This document shows positions 49,723 through 63,517 of a DNA stretch of 64,000 nucleotides, piece after piece. A model generated the notes under the pieces. It saw nothing but the letters and a program-made list of their open reading frames with translations. It was not told the origin of the DNA and did no database searches. The position numbers were made by a program, and so were the translations under genes. The first letter of the stretch is position 1; each line of letters begins with the position of its first letter. This DNA comes from Candidatus Undivivens industriae (GTDB taxonomy: Bacteria; Omnitrophota; Gorgyraeia; Gygaellales; Profunditerraquicolaceae), in NCBI GenBank assembly GCA_012514745.1, contig JAAYZR010000006.1, positions 37,889 through 101,888 of the forward strand. The letters run 5' to 3'.

Positions 49723-51816
49723 TTATGCACCCTTGCGTGAACTTATCCCTGCCACTATTTTCTCTGATATATGTGAAGGCACCTCGGCGTAGAACGAAGG
49801 TTCCATTGTATAAGACGCGCGCCCTTGTGTCAAGGATCTCAATACGGTAGCGTAATTGAACACCTCCGACAACGGCACGTGCGCTCTTATAGCCCTTACG
49901 TTGCTTCTGGGAGTTATCGAGATGATCTTGGCGCGCCGAGAGCTGAGGTCGCCGATGACCGCTCCCATGAATTCCTCCGGGGTGGTCGCCTCCAGGTCCA
50001 TGATCGGCTCAAGCAGGAACGACTTCGCCTTCGCCAAACCCTCTTTCAACCCGATGCTTGCCGCCATCTTGAACGACATCTCGGATGAATCGACGTCATG
50101 ATACGAACCGTCAACCAGGGTGACTTTTACATCGGTGACCGGATAACCGGCGAGGATACCGCTTTTCGCCGTTTCAAAGATACCCTGCTTCACGGCCGGG
50201 ATATACTCCTGCGGGATCGCTCCGCCTTTTATCTTGTTCTCGAAAGTGACCCCCAAGCCGGGAGCTTCCTGAGGTTCCACATCTATGACCACGTGTCCGT
50301 ACTGGCCGCGGCCGCCGCTCTGCTGAATAAACTTTCCGGTCACGTTTGCCTTCTGGCGCACGGTCTCGCGGTAAGCTACCTGAGGCACACCCACCTGCAC
50401 ATCCACGTTGAACTCGCGCAGAAGACGGTCGGTGATGATCTCCAGATGCAGCTGCCCCATCCCCGACATCAAGGTCTGGCCGGTTTCCTGATTATAAGTG
50501 ATGCGGAAAGTCGGGTCTTCCTCGGACAGTTTGTGCAGCGACATACCGAGCCGTTCCTGGTCGCTCTTGGTCTTCGGCTCGATAGACTGCGAAAGCACCG
50601 GCTCCGGGAATTTCATCGCTTCCAGCAGGATCTGGTTGTTCTCGTTACAAAGAGTGTCTCCTGTCTTGGTATCCTTCAGCCCCACTACGGCCACGATGTC
50701 CCCGGAGTAAGCCGCTTCGATTATCTCCTGACGGTTGGAGTGCATCTTCAAAAGCTTGGTCACGCGCTCCTTCACCCTTCGAGCGGCGTTATAAATATAA
50801 GTCCCGGAAGTCAGCGTCCCGGCGTAAATCCTGGTATAATTCAGTTTTCCCACGAACGGATCGGTAGCTATCTTGAAACACAACGCGGTCAGAGGCGCGT
50901 CGTCTTCGGTCTTGATCTCCTCGAAATCCCCGCTGTCCGGCTTTGTCCCTTTAATGGGCGGCAGGTCGAGGGGCGAAGGCAAGTAGTCGCATACCGCGTT
51001 CAGCAGCAGCTGCACGCCTTTGTTCTTGAAAGAGGTGCCGCAAAGCACCGGCACGAATTTATTCTCGATCACGCCTTTGCGCACTGCCTTCTTTATCTCC
51101 TCGGCCCCGATCTCCTGCCCGCCGAGATATTTCTCCATAATCCCGTCGTCCGCCTCGGAAAGCCTCTCCAACATTTCGCTGCGCAGGCGCTCGGCCTCGG
51201 CCTTCAATTCATCCGGCCACCCCGGGGTGACCTCCTGCTCTTTTCCAAGGTCATCCTTGTAAATAACGGTCTTCTTCTCTATAAGATCCAGAATGCCCTT
51301 GAAGTTCTCCTCCTGGCCGTAATTGAATTGTATGGCCGCGGCATTAGCCCCGAGTTTATCGTGTATCTGTTTGATCACCTCGCGCATGCTGCTGCCGGTC
51401 CTGTCCATCTTGTTGATATAGGCTATGCGCGGGACATGGTAACGTTCTGCCTGGCGCCAGACCGTCTCGGACTGCGGCTCCACTCCGCCGACTCCGCAAA
51501 AAACTACCACGGCTCCGTCGAGGACCTTGAGCGAACGCTCCACCTCCACGGTAAAATCCACGTGTCCGGGGGTGTCGATTATATTGATGAAACAATCCTT
51601 CCAGCGGCAGGTGGTGGCGGCCGCGGTGATGGTAATGCCGCGCTCCTGCTCCTGCGGCATCCAGTCCATGACGGCGTTGCCGTCGTGCACTTCCCCGATC
51701 TTATAAGTCTTACCGGTATAGTAAAGAATACGTTCGGTAGTGGTGGTCTTCCCGGCATCAATGTGCGCGATGATACCGATATTCCTTAATTTATCTAAAG
51801 GTACCTGTCTGGCCAT
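49723..51816 (-). CDS. fusA: Elongation factor G
   Basis: [29 protein letters not shown]; start MARQVP. Confidence 0.98.
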   Translation of the reverse strand: MARQVPLDKLRNIGIIAHIDAGKTTTTERILYYTGKTYKIGEVHDGNAVMDWMPQEQERGITITAAATTCRWKDCFINIIDTPGHVDFTVEVERSLKVLDGAVVVFCGVGGVEPQSETVWRQAERYHVPRIAYINKMDRTGSSMREVIKQIHDKLGANAAAIQFNYGQEENFKGILDLIEKKTVIYKDDLGKEQEVTPGWPDELKAEAERLRSEMLERLSEADDGIMEKYLGGQEIGAEEIKKAVRKGVIENKFVPVLCGTSFKNKGVQLLLNAVCDYLPSPLDLPPIKGTKPDSGDFEEIKTEDDAPLTALCFKIATDPFVGKLNYTRIYAGTLTSGTYIYNAARRVKERVTKLLKMHSNRQEIIEAAYSGDIVAVVGLKDTKTGDTLCNENNQILLEAMKFPEPVLSQSIEPKTKSDQERLGMSLHKLSEEDPTFRITYNQETGQTLMSGMGQLHLEIITDRLLREFNVDVQVGVPQVAYRETVRQKANVTGKFIQQSGGRGQYGHVVIDVEPQEAPGLGVTFENKIKGGAIPQEYIPAVKQGIFETAKSGILAGYPVTDVKVTLVDGSYHDVDSSEMSFKMAASIGLKEGLAKAKSFLLEPIMDLEATTPEEFMGAVIGDLSSRRAKIISITPRSNVRAIRAHVPLSEVFNYATVLRSLTQGRASYTMEPSFYAEVPSHISEKIVAGISSRKGA

Positions 51817-51826
51817 ATTCTTTCCC

Positions 51827-52297
51827 TTACCACCTGAAATGGGCAAAAGCCTTGTTGGACTCAGCCATTTTGTGGGTATCGTCCCTCTTCTTTATGCTCG
51901 AGCCTTCGTTTTTATAGGCCGCGATGATCTCATCGGCCAGCCTCTGATCCATGGACTTGCCTTTCTTGCCGCGGGCGAAATCCCTTATCCAGCGCAGGGC
52001 TATGGAGGTGCCGCGCTCCTGCCGGACTTCGATCGGGACCTGGTAAGTGGCGCCACCGACCCTGCGGGGTTTGACTTCCAGCCTGGGCCTGGCGTTCTCT
52101 ATCGCCTTGTGGAATATCTTGAGGACATCGGGCTCGTTCAAGTGTTGCCTGACTATCTCGAACGCCCCGTATACTATGCTCTCTGCAACAGCCTTCTTGC
52201 CCTCATACATCACCATATTTATGAACTTGCCGACGATCTTGCTGTTGAACTTCGGATCAGCCGCTATTTCCTTTTCTTGTGCCTTTCTTCTTCTCAT
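51827..52297 (-). CDS. rpsG: 30S ribosomal protein S7
   Basis: [26 protein letters not shown]. Confidence 0.98.
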   Translation of the reverse strand: MRRRKAQEKEIAADPKFNSKIVGKFINMVMYEGKKAVAESIVYGAFEIVRQHLNEPDVLKIFHKAIENARPRLEVKPRRVGGATYQVPIEVRQERGTSIALRWIRDFARGKKGKSMDQRLADEIIAAYKNEGSSIKKRDDTHKMAESNKAFAHFRW

Positions 52298-52316
52298 ATC
52301 GCTGCTACGCTCCTAT

Positions 52317-52691
52317 TTAAGCTTTAGGCCTTTTGGCGCCGTATTTAGACCGGGACTTCCTGCGCGCGCTTACTCCAGCGGCGTCGAGACTGCCCCTGAC
52401 TATATGATACCTTACACCGGGGAGGTCCTTGACGCGGCCGCCCCTGACCAGGACGATCGAATGCTCCTGAAGATTGTGCCCTTCTCCAGGGATGTAGGCG
52501 GTGACTTCTATGCCGGTGGTGAGCCTGACCCTGGCGATCTTGCGCAAAGCCGAGTTGGGCTTTTTCGGGGTCATCGTCCTGACCTGCAGGCACACGCCCC
52601 TGCGCTGCGGGCAAGCCTTCAAAGCAGGGGACTTCGTCTTCTTTTTCTTGGAGATCCTACCTAACCTGATTAGCTGTGTGATTGTCGGCAT
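52317..52691 (-). CDS. rpsL: 30S ribosomal protein S12
   Basis: [23 protein letters not shown]. Confidence 0.99.
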   Translation of the reverse strand: MPTITQLIRLGRISKKKKTKSPALKACPQRRGVCLQVRTMTPKKPNSALRKIARVRLTTGIEVTAYIPGEGHNLQEHSIVLVRGGRVKDLPGVRYHIVRGSLDAAGVSARRKSRSKYGAKRPKA

Positions 52692-52695
52692 ATGT

Positions 52696-55600
52696 TTATT
52701 CCTTTACGGTTTCTTCTGCGGCCTCGACAGGCACGGCATCTGCTGACTTTTGCATTTTTATTTCCCGGTGGGTATGGAATCCCGTTCCTGCCGGGATCAA
52801 ATGTCCCACGATAACATTCTCTTTCAGACCGAACAGATCGTCTTTCTTCCCGGCAGCCGCGGCCTCGGTCAGGACGCGCGTGGTCTCCTGGAAGCTTGCC
52901 GCGGATATGAAACTGTCCGTAGTCAGCGAAGCCTTGGTGATACCGAGCAGCAGCGGAGTAGCCGAGGCCGGTTTGCCGCCCTTTTTCAGCACTTCCTCGT
53001 TAGCCTGCCTGAATGTCCACTTGTCCACCTGCTGCCCCACCAGGAACTCGCTGTCCCCGGCGTTTTCGATACGGACCTTTTTAAGCATCTGTCTAATTAT
53101 AACTTCAATATGCTTGTCGTTTATGCGTACGCCCTGCAGGCGGTAAACCTCCTGTATCTCGTTTACCAGGTACTCCTGCAGCACCTTGTCGCCGCAGACA
53201 CGCAGGATGTCCTGCAGGACCACCGGTCCGTCGGTAAGCTGCTGGCCTGCCGCGACCTTGTCCGCCTTGTAAACGTTGGGATGTTTTCCGTGCGGGATCA
53301 CATACTCCCTCGACATCCCTGTCGGGGACTTGACGACAATTACCCTCTGGCCTTTTTTCGTCTCGCCGAATTCTATGAACCCGTCGATCTCGCTGATAAC
53401 GGCCGGGTCTTTCGGCCTTCTGGCCTCGAACAGCTCCGCCACGCGCGGCAAACCGCCGGTTATATCTCTGGTCTTGACAACCAATCTGGGTATCTTAGCC
53501 AGCATGTCTCCGGCGTCGACCGCCTGGCCGTCCTTGACCAGGATATGCGCCCCGACGCTGATCGGGTATATGCCCATCACCTCGCCGGCCGCGCTTGATA
53601 TGACGATCTGCGGATGGAACTCCTGCTTGTGCTCGACCACTATGCGTTCGGTCAACTTTGTGACCGGATTAAGTTCTTCCTGTATGGTCTGGCCTTCTTT
53701 GATATCCTCATATTTTACTTTACCGCCGACCTCGGTAAGAATCGGGATCGTATACGGATCCCAGCGCACGAAAGGCACGCCCTTGTTGATCTCCGCCCCG
53801 TCGGCCACGCTGATGAAAGCCCCCTGAGGAAGGGTATAGCGTTCGAACTCCCTGCCCTGTCCGTCGTTGATGCTGATGCTCCCGTTCCTGTTAAGAACCA
53901 CGAACTCCTTGCTCTTTTCGGTGACGCGCAGGCTGTGATATTTTACCGTGCCCTTGTTCTTGGACTTGAAGAGCGACTGTTCTACGGTCCTGGACGCCGT
54001 GCCTCCTATATGGAACGTTCTCATCGTCAGCTGCGTGCCCGGCTCGCCGATACTCTGCGCTCCCACGACGCCCACGGCGTCTCCGACCTCGACAAGCCTT
54101 CCGCTGGCGAGGTTGCGGCCGTAGCATTTTGAGCAGACTCCCCTGCCCGATTCGCAGGTAAGAACGCTGCGGATGCGTATGCGCTCTATGCCGAGCCTCT
54201 CGATCATCTCCGCCTTCTCCTCCGTGATCTCCGAGCCCTGCTCGACGATAACCTCGTCTGTAATGATGTCCACGACATTATCGAGCGCGACGCGCCCGGC
54301 GATGCGGTCCTTGAGGCTGACCACCACTTCGTCGCCCTCGATGATTGCCGAGACTGTAATCCCGTTAAGAGTGCCGCAGTCCTCCTCCTCGATAATCACC
54401 TCCTGCGCTACATCCACCAGCCTCCTGGTAAGGTATCCGGCGTCGGCCGTCTTCAAGGCCGTGTCGGCGAGACCTTTCCTTGCGCCGTGCGTAGAGATGA
54501 AATACTCGAGAACCGTCAGCCCCTCGCGGAAATTAGCGGTAATCGGGTTCTCGATGATCTCGCCGGAAGGCTTGGCCATCAGACCTCGCATGCCGGCCAG
54601 CTGCCTGACCTGCAGTTTAGAACCGCGGGCCCCGGAATCGGCCATGATGAAAATCGGATTGAACCTGGGCATCTCCTTGAAAAGAAGGTCGGATATCTTA
54701 TCGGTTGTGTGCGTCCAGATATCGATAACCTTGCTCTTACGTTCCCTGTCGGTAATGATACCCCGGCGGTACTGTTCTTCTACCTTGGCGACCTCCGCCC
54801 TGGATTCCTTGAGCACGTCCTGTTTCTCTTTCGGAACCAGCAGGTCGTCCATACCTATGGATATCCCGCCCAGGGTCGCGTAAATAAACCCGAGCTTCTT
54901 GCTCTCGTCGACCAGCTGGATGGTACGCTGGTGGCCGTAACGCTTATAGCAGAGGGCGACTATGTTGCCTACCAGCCCCTTATTCAACTCCCTGTTGACG
55001 AATCCGAAATCGGACGGCAGTAAACGGTTAAAAATGACCCTGCCGGGGGTGGTCTCTATGATCTGCCTGCCGTCGATCCTGTTGCCTTCGGCAAGATCCA
55101 TTAACTGGTCGACGCGCAGCCTGATCTTGGTGTGCAGGTCCGCCTCCTTGTCCTCGTAGGCGGTTATTACCTCGGAAGCGTCGGCGAAAATACGGTTCTC
55201 CCCCCTGCAGCCTTCTTTCATTTTGGTCAAATAGGAAACGCCGAGAATGATGTCCTGCGTAGGAGAAATTATCGGCCGGCCGTCGGCAGGCGAAAAAAGG
55301 TTGTTCACCGACATCATCAGCACCCGGACTTCGATCTGGGCCTCGAGAGATAGAGGCACGTGAACGGCCATCTGGTCTCCGTCGAAGTCGGCGTTGAACG
55401 CCGTACAAACGAGGGGATGTATCTTTATCGCCTTACCCTCGATAAGCACCGGCTGAAAAGCCTGAATGCTCAATCTGTGCAACGTCGGCGCGCGGTTGAG
55501 CATTACCGGATGGTCTTTAATGACCTCATCCAGTATATCCCACACCTCTATCTTGCCGCGCTCCACCATGCGGCGCGCGCCCTTAATGGTATGCACAAAC

Positions 55601-56736
55601 CCCTTCTCGCGGAGCTTCTTTATGATGAACGGTTCGAAAAGTTCCAGCGCCATCTGCTTAGGCAGTCCGCATTCGTTCAGATTCAATTCGGGGCCGACGA
55701 CGATTACCGAACGGCCGGAATAATCCACGCGTTTGCCGAGCAGGTTCTGGCGGAAACGCCCCTGTTTACCCTTGAGCATATCGGAAAGTGACTTCAATGG
55801 ACGGTTGTTGGCTGCGACCACGGCGCGGCCGTGCCTGCCGTTATCGAGCAGGGCGTCCACCGCCTCCTGGAGCATCCTCTTCTCGTTGCGGATGATGATC
55901 TCCGGGGCGTTCAGCTCGATGAGTTTCTTCAAACGGTTATTGCGGTTGATTACCCTGCGGTAAAGGTCGTTGAGATCGGAACTGGCGAAACGCCCTCCGT
56001 CAAGCGGCACCAGCGGGCGCAGGTCGGGGGGAATCACGGGAAGTATCTCCAGGATCATCCACTCCGCCTTGTTCCCGGATTTACGGAAATCCTCGAGTAT
56101 TTTCAAAGTCTTGGTATTGCGCCTGCCGCTTGTCTGCTCTTTTTCTTTGGAGAGTTCGCTGCGCAGCTGCTCGGCGTGTTTGTCGAGGTCTACTTCCTTC
56201 AGCAGTTCGCTGACCGCCTCGGCGCCTATCATGGCCTTGAAGCTCGCGCCGTATTTGACGACGGCTTCCTGATACTGCTCTTCAGTCAAAAGCTCCTTTT
56301 TCTTCAACGGGGAGTCGCCCGGGTCTACCACTACGTATTCCTCGTAATAAATCACCTTCTCCAGGTCGCGCAGACCTATGTCGAGAATGGCGGAAAGACG
56401 CGAAGGCACCGCCTTGAAAAACCAGATATGCGTGACAGGCGCCGCCAGCTCAATGTGGCCCATGCGGTCCCTGCGCACGGAAGAATGATCCACGGTGACC
56501 CCGCAGCGGTCACAGGTAATTCCCTTGAACTTTATCCCTTTATACTTCCCGCAGTTGCACTCCCAATCCCTGACGGGTCCGAATATCTTCTCGCAGAACA
56601 ACCCGTCTTTTTCCGGTTTAAGCGTGCGGTAGTTTATAGTCTCCGCTTTTTTTACCTCGCCCTTGGACCAGCTCCTGATCACCTGGGGCGAAGCGATCTT
56701 GATCGAAATACGGTCAAAGGAATTAATCTCTTCCAT
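52696..56736 (-). CDS. rpoC: RNA polymerase beta' subunit
   Basis: [37 protein letters not shown]. Confidence 0.99.
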   Translation of the reverse strand: MEEINSFDRISIKIASPQVIRSWSKGEVKKAETINYRTLKPEKDGLFCEKIFGPVRDWECNCGKYKGIKFKGITCDRCGVTVDHSSVRRDRMGHIELAAPVTHIWFFKAVPSRLSAILDIGLRDLEKVIYYEEYVVVDPGDSPLKKKELLTEEQYQEAVVKYGASFKAMIGAEAVSELLKEVDLDKHAEQLRSELSKEKEQTSGRRNTKTLKILEDFRKSGNKAEWMILEILPVIPPDLRPLVPLDGGRFASSDLNDLYRRVINRNNRLKKLIELNAPEIIIRNEKRMLQEAVDALLDNGRHGRAVVAANNRPLKSLSDMLKGKQGRFRQNLLGKRVDYSGRSVIVVGPELNLNECGLPKQMALELFEPFIIKKLREKGFVHTIKGARRMVERGKIEVWDILDEVIKDHPVMLNRAPTLHRLSIQAFQPVLIEGKAIKIHPLVCTAFNADFDGDQMAVHVPLSLEAQIEVRVLMMSVNNLFSPADGRPIISPTQDIILGVSYLTKMKEGCRGENRIFADASEVITAYEDKEADLHTKIRLRVDQLMDLAEGNRIDGRQIIETTPGRVIFNRLLPSDFGFVNRELNKGLVGNIVALCYKRYGHQRTIQLVDESKKLGFIYATLGGISIGMDDLLVPKEKQDVLKESRAEVAKVEEQYRRGIITDRERKSKVIDIWTHTTDKISDLLFKEMPRFNPIFIMADSGARGSKLQVRQLAGMRGLMAKPSGEIIENPITANFREGLTVLEYFISTHGARKGLADTALKTADAGYLTRRLVDVAQEVIIEEEDCGTLNGITVSAIIEGDEVVVSLKDRIAGRVALDNVVDIITDEVIVEQGSEITEEKAEMIERLGIERIRIRSVLTCESGRGVCSKCYGRNLASGRLVEVGDAVGVVGAQSIGEPGTQLTMRTFHIGGTASRTVEQSLFKSKNKGTVKYHSLRVTEKSKEFVVLNRNGSISINDGQGREFERYTLPQGAFISVADGAEINKGVPFVRWDPYTIPILTEVGGKVKYEDIKEGQTIQEELNPVTKLTERIVVEHKQEFHPQIVISSAAGEVMGIYPISVGAHILVKDGQAVDAGDMLAKIPRLVVKTRDITGGLPRVAELFEARRPKDPAVISEIDGFIEFGETKKGQRVIVVKSPTGMSREYVIPHGKHPNVYKADKVAAGQQLTDGPVVLQDILRVCGDKVLQEYLVNEIQEVYRLQGVRINDKHIEVIIRQMLKKVRIENAGDSEFLVGQQVDKWTFRQANEEVLKKGGKPASATPLLLGITKASLTTDSFISAASFQETTRVLTEAAAAGKKDDLFGLKENVIVGHLIPAGTGFHTHREIKMQKSADAVPVEAAEETVKE

Positions 56737-59700
56737 TTTCACTTTCCTTCTTCTCCGTGCGAATGTCCAGGCACAGTCCTTGTAATTCCTTTATCAGGAC
56801 GTTGAACGATTCCGGCGTCCCGTATGTGAGCCTTTGTTCGCCCTTGACTATGGCTTCGTATATGTGCGTCCTGCCGGTAACGTCGTCGCTCTTGACGGTA
56901 AGCATCTCCTGCAGGGTGAACGCCGCGCCGTAAGCCTCCAGGGCCCAGACTTCCATCTCTCCCAGCCTCTGGCCTCCGAACTGGGCCTTGCCGCCGAGCG
57001 GCTGCTGTGTGACGAGGGAATACGGCCCTATCGAACGGGCATGTATCTTTTCGTCCACCAGATGAATCAGCTTCATAATATAGATGTACCCCACGCAGAC
57101 CTTCTGGTCGAACTTCTCCCCGGTAAAGCCGTCGTAAAGGCTTATCTTACCTTCTTCCGGCAGGTTCGCCTTGCGCAGAAGTTCCTTGATCTCTGCCTCG
57201 CTGGCTCCGTCGAAAACCGGGGTGTCCACCGAAAACCCGAGCGCCTTGGCCGCCCATCCCAGATGCGTCTCCAGGATCTGGCCGACGTTCATTCGGGAAG
57301 GAACACCCAGGGGATTCAACACCACCTCCACCGGTCTTCCATCCGGAAGAAAAGGCATATCTTCCTCGGGAAGGATGCGCGCGACCACGCCCTTGTTGCC
57401 GTGGCGGCCCGCGAGTTTGTCCCCCTCTGAAAGCTTACGTTTGGTGGCGATGTAAACCACGACCCGTTTTAACACACCGGGAGGCAGTTCATCGCCGCGT
57501 TTGACCCTGTCGATCTCCTGTTCCTGCTCGGAGAGCAATTCCTGGAGCTGTTCGTCGAAAGAAGCCGCTATTATCCTGGCCTCCTCGTTCTGGTCGATCT
57601 CTATCACCGGGACCTTCTTCTTATCCACACCCAGAAACTGGCTGAGCCTGTTGACCTTCTCGTTCTCGACGAACTCTATCTCCTGCCTATAATAGGCCTT
57701 GATCTCTTTTATACGCGCGAGCTCGGAGGTTTTCTCCTCTTTGGATTTCCTGCCGCGGTCCTTGCGCTGAAAAATGTGCACGTCAACCACCACGCCCTCG
57801 ACCCCGGGCGGAACGGCGAGAGAAGTGTCGCGCACGTCGGAAGCTTTCTCGCCGAATATGGCGCGCAGCAGACGCTCTTCCGGAGATAGTTCCGACTCCG
57901 TCTTGGGGGTGACCTTGCCGACAAGAATGTCCCCCGCCCCGACCTCGGCTCCGATGCGCACCACGCCGTCTTCATCGAGGTTCTTCAGCGACTCCTCGCT
58001 GACATTGGGGATATCCCTGGTTATCTCCTCGTTCCCGAGGCGCGTCTCCGTGGCTTCTATCTCAAACTCCTCTATGTGTATCGAGGTGAACAGGTCCTCC
58101 CTGACCACCTTCTCGTTTATCAGTATGGCGTCCTCGAAGTTGTAACCTCTCCAGGGCATGAAAGCGCAGAGCAGGTTGCGGCCGAGGGCCAGTTCGCCTT
58201 TGCGCGTGCTGGTGCCGTCCGCCAGGACCTGCCCCTTCTCTACGTGCTCTCCGGGCTTTACGATCGGCCTCTGATTGAGACAGGTATCGGCGTTGGTCCT
58301 CTGGAACTTTTTTAAATGGTATATTCTTTTGCCTACCGTTATGGTAGAAGCGTCCACGCTGGTGATCTTGCCCGAATCCTCGGCGATCACCACTACCCCG
58401 GAATCGCGCGCGACCTTCCCTTCCATCTGCGTCCCCACCAGAGGCGCTTCCGGCACCATCAACGGCACGGCCTGTCTCTGCATGTTCGACCCCATCAGGG
58501 CGCGGTTGGCGTCGTCATGCTCGAGAAAAGGTATAAGCGACGCGGCGACGGAAACCAGCTGTTTAGGCGAGACGTCCATATACTGGACTTTATTGGGATG
58601 CACTTTCGGGAAATCGTCCCTGAAACGGCATGAGACTTCTTTTTCCAGGAAATTTCCGTCGGAATCAATGGCGGCGTTGGCCTGAGCGATGATCTTGTCT
58701 TCTTCCAGATCTGCGGTGAGATATTCTATCTTGCGCGTCACCCTGCCGTTTTCGACTTTCCTGTAAGGCGTTTCCAACAGCCCGAGCGCATTTACCCTGG
58801 CGTAACAACTCAAGGAGGAGATCAAACCGATGTTCGGGCCTTCCGGGGTTTCTATAGGGCAGATACGGCCGTAATGCGAAGGATGTATATCCCTGACCTC
58901 GAAACCGGCCCTCTCCCTGGACAAACCTCCGGGGCCGAGCGCGCTCAGTCGTCTTTTATGCGTCATCTCGGCCAGGGGATTTATCTGGTCCATGAACTGG
59001 GACAACTGGCTGCGCGAAAAGAAATCCCTGATCTGATTGGAGAGCAGTTTGGAATTGACGAGATAATGCACGTTGAGGTTTTCCATCTCTCCCAGCAGGC
59101 TGATCCTCTCGACTATGGAACGCTCCACCCTGGAGAGGCCGATCCTGACCTGGTTCTGCACGAGTTCGCCGACTGTCTTGACTCTGCGGTTGCCCAGATG
59201 GTCTATATCGTCTATCTTTCCTTCCCCGCTCTTAAGCCTGATCAGATACTCGATGACCTTGATCACCGTAGCCGAATCCAGCACCCGCTTGTCCAGGGGG
59301 ACATCCACCCCAAGCTTGCGGTTGAGGATGAAACGGCCGGCCTTTTCCAGGTCATACCTGGCGGGATCGAAGAACAAACGGTAAAAAAGCGCTTCCGCCG
59401 CCTCGCGCGTCACCGGTTCGCTGGGGCGCATCTTGCGGTAGAAATCTATATAAGCCTCCTCTTTATTACGCGTGGAGTCTTTTTTGAGGGTGTTCTCTAT
59501 CTCCGGATACTGTTTGCCGAACGCGGCTATGATCTCCTTATCGGAAGAATAACCCAGTATCCTCAATATCTGCGTGGCGGGAAAATTGCGGCGGCGGTCA
59601 ACATAGGCGAGGATCGTCTCTGAAAGGTCATGTTTGAATTCCAGCCAGGCGCCCCTGTAGGGTATGATCCTACCGTAAAATATCTTCTTGCCGGTAGGAT

Positions 59701-60145
59701 GGTCCTCTTCCTCGAAGGAAACGCCGGGCGAACGCTGCAGCTGGCTGACGACCACCCGCTCGTCGCCGTTTATGATAAAGGTCCCGGTATCGGTCATCAG
59801 CGGGATCTCGCCGAAATAAGCCTCTTGTTCCTTGGCCTCCCGGGCGGTGGTCAGGCGGAAACGCACTTTCAAAGGCGCCCCGAAAGTGACCGAACGCCGC
59901 TTGGATTCCGGCAGATCATACTTGGGTTTTCCCAGCGAATAACTGAGGTACTCCAGTTTTACGGAACGGTCCTGGTTCTCTATGGGAAATATCTCCTCGA
60001 AAACCTCCTGCAGCCCCTGACGCTTGCGTTCCGCTGCCGGCACATCTATCTGCAGGAAATCACGATACGACCCGATCTGCATATCCAGCAAATGGGGCAG
60101 ATCGTACGTTTCCTTCAGCTTACCGAAACTTTTCCTTTTCGCCAT
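56723..60145 (-). CDS. rpoB: RNA polymerase beta subunit
   Basis: [39 protein letters not shown]. Confidence 0.99.
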   Translation of the reverse strand: MAKRKSFGKLKETYDLPHLLDMQIGSYRDFLQIDVPAAERKRQGLQEVFEEIFPIENQDRSVKLEYLSYSLGKPKYDLPESKRRSVTFGAPLKVRFRLTTAREAKEQEAYFGEIPLMTDTGTFIINGDERVVVSQLQRSPGVSFEEEDHPTGKKIFYGRIIPYRGAWLEFKHDLSETILAYVDRRRNFPATQILRILGYSSDKEIIAAFGKQYPEIENTLKKDSTRNKEEAYIDFYRKMRPSEPVTREAAEALFYRLFFDPARYDLEKAGRFILNRKLGVDVPLDKRVLDSATVIKVIEYLIRLKSGEGKIDDIDHLGNRRVKTVGELVQNQVRIGLSRVERSIVERISLLGEMENLNVHYLVNSKLLSNQIRDFFSRSQLSQFMDQINPLAEMTHKRRLSALGPGGLSRERAGFEVRDIHPSHYGRICPIETPEGPNIGLISSLSCYARVNALGLLETPYRKVENGRVTRKIEYLTADLEEDKIIAQANAAIDSDGNFLEKEVSCRFRDDFPKVHPNKVQYMDVSPKQLVSVAASLIPFLEHDDANRALMGSNMQRQAVPLMVPEAPLVGTQMEGKVARDSGVVVIAEDSGKITSVDASTITVGKRIYHLKKFQRTNADTCLNQRPIVKPGEHVEKGQVLADGTSTRKGELALGRNLLCAFMPWRGYNFEDAILINEKVVREDLFTSIHIEEFEIEATETRLGNEEITRDIPNVSEESLKNLDEDGVVRIGAEVGAGDILVGKVTPKTESELSPEERLLRAIFGEKASDVRDTSLAVPPGVEGVVVDVHIFQRKDRGRKSKEEKTSELARIKEIKAYYRQEIEFVENEKVNRLSQFLGVDKKKVPVIEIDQNEEARIIAASFDEQLQELLSEQEQEIDRVKRGDELPPGVLKRVVVYIATKRKLSEGDKLAGRHGNKGVVARILPEEDMPFLPDGRPVEVVLNPLGVPSRMNVGQILETHLGWAAKALGFSVDTPVFDGASEAEIKELLRKANLPEEGKISLYDGFTGEKFDQKVCVGYIYIMKLIHLVDEKIHARSIGPYSLVTQQPLGGKAQFGGQRLGEMEVWALEAYGAAFTLQEMLTVKSDDVTGRTHIYEAIVKGEQRLTYGTPESFNVLIKELQGLCLDIRTEKKESENGRD

Positions 60146-60185
60146 GGTTATTCCCGACCTTCTCTATAAATAACTTCCGAAACTT

Positions 60186-60575
60186 TTATTTCAGTTCGAC
60201 GGTCGCTCCGGCGGCCTCGAGTTTCTTCTTCATTTCTTCGGCTTCTTCCTTGTTGACCCCTTCCTTGACGGCCTTGGGAGCGCCGTCCACGAGATCCTTA
60301 GCTTCTTTCAGACCGAGGTTGGTAATGGTCCTTACTTCCTTGATGACGGCTATCTTGTTCGCGCCCGACGCGGTGAGGACGACGTTGAACGACGTTTTCT
60401 CTTCCGCGGGAGCGGCTCCGCCCGCTGCTGCTCCGCCTGCTGCGGGAGCCATCATCATAGGCATGTTCGCCTGGACGCCGAATTTGTCTTCCAGCGCCTT
60501 GACCAGCTCTGAAAGTTCCAGCACCGTCAATCCTTCTATCGTTTTGATCATCTCTTCCAGTTTTTCGCTTGCCAT
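60186..60575 (-). CDS. rplL: 50S ribosomal protein L7/L12
   Basis: [24 protein letters not shown]; SD spacing favours ATG 60575. Confidence 0.98.
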   Translation of the reverse strand: MASEKLEEMIKTIEGLTVLELSELVKALEDKFGVQANMPMMMAPAAGGAAAGGAAPAEEKTSFNVVLTASGANKIAVIKEVRTITNLGLKEAKDLVDGAPKAVKEGVNKEEAEEMKKKLEAAGATVELK

Positions 60576-60621
60576 TTCCATTCCTCCTTGTTTTTCGCTA
60601 ATCGGCAGCCGGCCGCGCCAA

Positions 60622-61158
60622 CTAAGCGGCGGCAGACTTTTTCTGCTTTATTTGTTCGACACAGTAAACGAACTTCTTTAACGTCTGGTTAAGCACCATG
60701 ACGATGCCCGTAATCGGCGACTTGAGCACCATGACCGTCTTGGCACGCAGCATCTCTTTCGAAGGCAGTTTGGAGAGTTCCAGGACCTCTGCGGCAGTGA
60801 GAAGCTTGCCGGAGAGAAAACCCGCTTCTATTTTCAAGGGCTCGTGTTCCTTCGCGAAACCGCAGAGCGTTTTCGAAACGGCCACCGCGTCTTCTCCCGA
60901 GAAAACGAAACCGCAGGGGCCTTCGACGGAAACGGCGAGCGCGTCCTGCCCGGAATCCTTGAGCACGCGCCTGGCCACGCTATTCTTCACCACCTGCAGC
61001 TTGGCTCCGGTATCGTTAAGGAACTGCCTTAAAGCCGACATGTCCGGTGAGGACAGGCCGGAATATTTAACTATAAAAAATCCGGCGTCCGGAACGCTGA
61101 TATTGTCCTTGATGATCTTGCCGGACGTCTCCTTTATTATCAGACTTATTTTCTTCAT
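60622..61158 (-). CDS. rplJ: 50S ribosomal protein L10
   Basis: [14 protein letters not shown]; between rplA and rplL. Confidence 0.95.
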   Translation of the reverse strand: MKKISLIIKETSGKIIKDNISVPDAGFFIVKYSGLSSPDMSALRQFLNDTGAKLQVVKNSVARRVLKDSGQDALAVSVEGPCGFVFSGEDAVAVSKTLCGFAKEHEPLKIEAGFLSGKLLTAAEVLELSKLPSKEMLRAKTVMVLKSPITGIVMVLNQTLKKFVYCVEQIKQKKSAAA

Positions 61159-61835
61159 ATCGCAACCCTCATCCCCGGGTTCATTGTGGAAGAGACCGCG
61201 AAAGCCTTAACGAATTTCCCTTTTACCGAACCCGGTTTAGCCTCATTTATCGCGTCTATCACGCAATTCGCGTTCTCCAGAAGCTGCTCTTCGCTGAACG
61301 ACAACTTACCAACCGAGAGATGTATACCGCCCTGCTTGTCCACGCGGAACTCCACCTTCCCCTTGCGCACGTCCCTGATGGCTTTGGCGACGTCGGTGGT
61401 GACCGTTCCGGTCTTGGGGCTGGGCATCAGGCCTTTGGGGCCGAGGATCTTGCCCAGTTTGCTCAAATCCTTCATCATATCCGGCGTGGCAATAACACAG
61501 TCGAAATCCAGGAAACCGGCGGCGACCTTCTCCATTAAATCTCCGGCACCTACGTAATCGGCCTGGGCGTCCCTGGCGTCTCGCTCCTGCTCTCCTTTAC
61601 AGAACACGGCGATCTTCACTTTTCTGCCCGTGCCGTGCGGAAGCACCACGGTGCCGCGGATCATCTGGTCGGATTTCTTGGTGTCCACGCTAAGGTTGAA
61701 ATGCAGGTCCAGTGACCCGGCGAATTTAGGCTGGGCCAGCGACTTAAGAAGGCTTACCGCTTCCTTAAGCGTATAAACCTTGTCCTTATTCACTAGTTTC
61801 TCGGTGGTCTGGTATCTCTTGCTGCGCTTTTTCAT
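61155..61835 (-). CDS. rplA: 50S ribosomal protein L1
   Basis: [32 protein letters not shown]. Confidence 0.98.
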   Translation of the reverse strand: MKKRSKRYQTTEKLVNKDKVYTLKEAVSLLKSLAQPKFAGSLDLHFNLSVDTKKSDQMIRGTVVLPHGTGRKVKIAVFCKGEQERDARDAQADYVGAGDLMEKVAAGFLDFDCVIATPDMMKDLSKLGKILGPKGLMPSPKTGTVTTDVAKAIRDVRKGKVEFRVDKQGGIHLSVGKLSFSEEQLLENANCVIDAINEAKPGSVKGKFVKAFAVSSTMNPGMRVAI

Positions 61836-61836
61836 A

Positions 61837-62265
61837 TTATTGCTCGACTTCTATGCCCATGCTCCTGGCCGTTCCCGCGATGATCTTGCGTGCGGCCTCA
61901 AGACTCTTGGTGTTCAGATCGGGCATCTTCTGTTTGGCGATCTCCTCGACTTGTTTTTGATTTATCTTGCCTATTATCTCTTTTCCGGCTGTCGCGGAGG
62001 CCTTCGCCAGGTTGGCCGCCCTTTTGATGAGAACGGAAGACGGCGGACTCTTTATTATAAAGGTAAAGGATTTGTCCTCGTAGACGCTGATGACCACAGG
62101 GAGGATTAAACCGTCCCTTCCCTTGGTCTGCTCATTGAACTGTTTGCAGAACTGCATTATATTCACACCGTGCTGTCCCAGGGCCGGGCCTACGGGCGGC
62201 GCCGGATTGGCGGCGCCTGCGGGAACGTGCAATTTAATCTGAGCGGTAACTTTCTTTCCAGCCAT
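61837..62265 (-). CDS. rplK: 50S ribosomal protein L11
   Basis: [19 protein letters not shown]. Confidence 0.98.
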   Translation of the reverse strand: MAGKKVTAQIKLHVPAGAANPAPPVGPALGQHGVNIMQFCKQFNEQTKGRDGLILPVVISVYEDKSFTFIIKSPPSSVLIKRAANLAKASATAGKEIIGKINQKQVEEIAKQKMPDLNTKSLEAARKIIAGTARSMGIEVEQ

Positions 62266-62267
62266 GG

Positions 62268-62795
62268 CTAAACCTTCTCCACTTGCCAGTATTCCAGTTC
62301 GACCGGAGTGGACCGCCCGAATATGGAAATGCTGACCTTGATTTTACCCTTTTCAGGGTGAACTTCCTCTATGGTACCGTTGAAATTGACGAAAGGCCCT
62401 TCCGTTACCCTGACCTGCTCGCCTTTCTCGAAAATTATCTTGGGGCTGGGCTTGCTCTGGGTCTCCTCCGTGCGCTTGAGTATGCTGTCTACTTCCTTCT
62501 GCGGCAGCGGCATCGGCTTTTTCCCCAATCCGATGAAACCGGTCACGCCGGGCGTCGTTTTTATCAGCAGATGCGTGGCGTCATTAAGCTCCATCTCCAC
62601 CAGCAGGTAACCGGGAAAGAATTTCCTCTGGGAAAGCCTCTTCTTGCCGGAACGGATCTCGGAGATCTGTTCCGTAGGGATGACGATGCCGCTAATCTGC
62701 TCCTGCAAGCCGCTGGAAGCGACGCGCGTCTCGAGCAGCGCCCTTACTTTTTCCTCGAACCCTGTCTGGGTGTGAACGACATACCAATTTTTCAT
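62268..62795 (-). CDS. nusG: Transcription factor NusG
   Basis: [32 protein letters not shown]. Confidence 0.98.
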   Translation of the reverse strand: MKNWYVVHTQTGFEEKVRALLETRVASSGLQEQISGIVIPTEQISEIRSGKKRLSQRKFFPGYLLVEMELNDATHLLIKTTPGVTGFIGLGKKPMPLPQKEVDSILKRTEETQSKPSPKIIFEKGEQVRVTEGPFVNFNGTIEEVHPEKGKIKVSISIFGRSTPVELEYWQVEKV

Positions 62796-62983
62796 CTGAA
62801 CATGAAGGTAACGAAACGGGTAAGGAAGAAATCGACTATGAAAATGAAAGTCGCCATAATCGCGGTAAGACCGATCACCACGCCGGTGGCTCCGATGAGC
62901 TCCTGCCTGCTTGACCAGGAAACCTTGCCTAGTTCGGCTTTTACTTCCCCCAAAAACCTTGCCGGTTTATCGAATAAATTCAT
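62792..62983 (-). CDS. secE: Preprotein translocase SecE
   Basis: EVKAELGKVSW plus one TM; precedes nusG. Confidence 0.95.
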   Translation of the reverse strand: MNLFDKPARFLGEVKAELGKVSWSSRQELIGATGVVIGLTAIMATFIFIVDFFLTRFVTFMFR

Positions 62984-63019
62984 TGTTTGTTTCTGTTCTT
63001 TCTCCCGCCGCCTGATCAG

Positions 63020-63092
63020 CAGGGGCGGAGGGACTTGAACCCCCAGGACAGGATTTGGAGTCCCGCCGTTTAGCCAATTAACGGACGCCCCT
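63020..63092 (-). tRNA. tRNA-Trp (CCA)
   Basis: AGGGGCG TC CGTT AATTGGCTA AACG G CGGGA CTCCAAA TCCTG TCCT GGGGG TTCAAGT CCCTC CGCCCCT G; 3' CCA not encoded. Confidence 0.92.
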
Positions 63093-63240
63093 ATTTGGTC
63101 TCTTTATGCGGCGAGTGTTTCCTGCACACCCTGCAGAACTTCTTCAGTTCAAGCTTATCCTGATGCTTTTTTTTATTTTTTGTGGTGGTGTAGTTCTTAT
63201 TCTTGCAGACCGTACATTCCACCGTGATTATTTCTCGCAT
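63091..63240 (-). CDS. rpmG: 50S ribosomal protein L33 (not in ORF track)
   Basis: Manual translation [49 protein letters not shown]. Confidence 0.97.
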   Translation of the reverse strand: MREIITVECTVCKNKNYTTTKNKKKHQDKLELKKFCRVCRKHSPHKETK

Positions 63241-63292
63241 GACTTTTCGCCTGTTTTTCTCGCTACCGGTTAAACCTTACGGGAAATTTCTA

Positions 63293-63365
63293 AGCTGGAG
63301 ACGGGAATTGAACCCGTGACCCCGTCCTTACCAAGGACGTGCTCTACCAACTGAGCTACTCCAGC
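63293..63365 (-). tRNA. tRNA-Thr (GGT)
   Basis: GCTGGAG TA GCTC AGTTGGTA GAGC A CGTCC TTGGTAA GGACG GGGTC ACGGG TTCAATT CCCGT CTCCAGC T. Confidence 0.96.
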
Positions 63366-63517
63366 GACGGGATATCACGATTGATCGCCAACTTCCGGAG
63401 AAACAAAAAACCTCACCCATTAAGAATTCCTGCGGGATTCTTAAAACTGGAAAGCCTGCGTTGATTTGATGTCCTTTATTTCTACAGGCAGACCCTTTGG
63501 GGCGATGTAGATAGTAG

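Noticed and set aside
50098-51789. Long plus-strand ORFs (563 aa here; also 40066-41475, 42094-43233, 6606-7664, 27610-28542 and others)
   Set aside because: Antisense shadows of conserved GC-rich genes, with no recognisable motifs.
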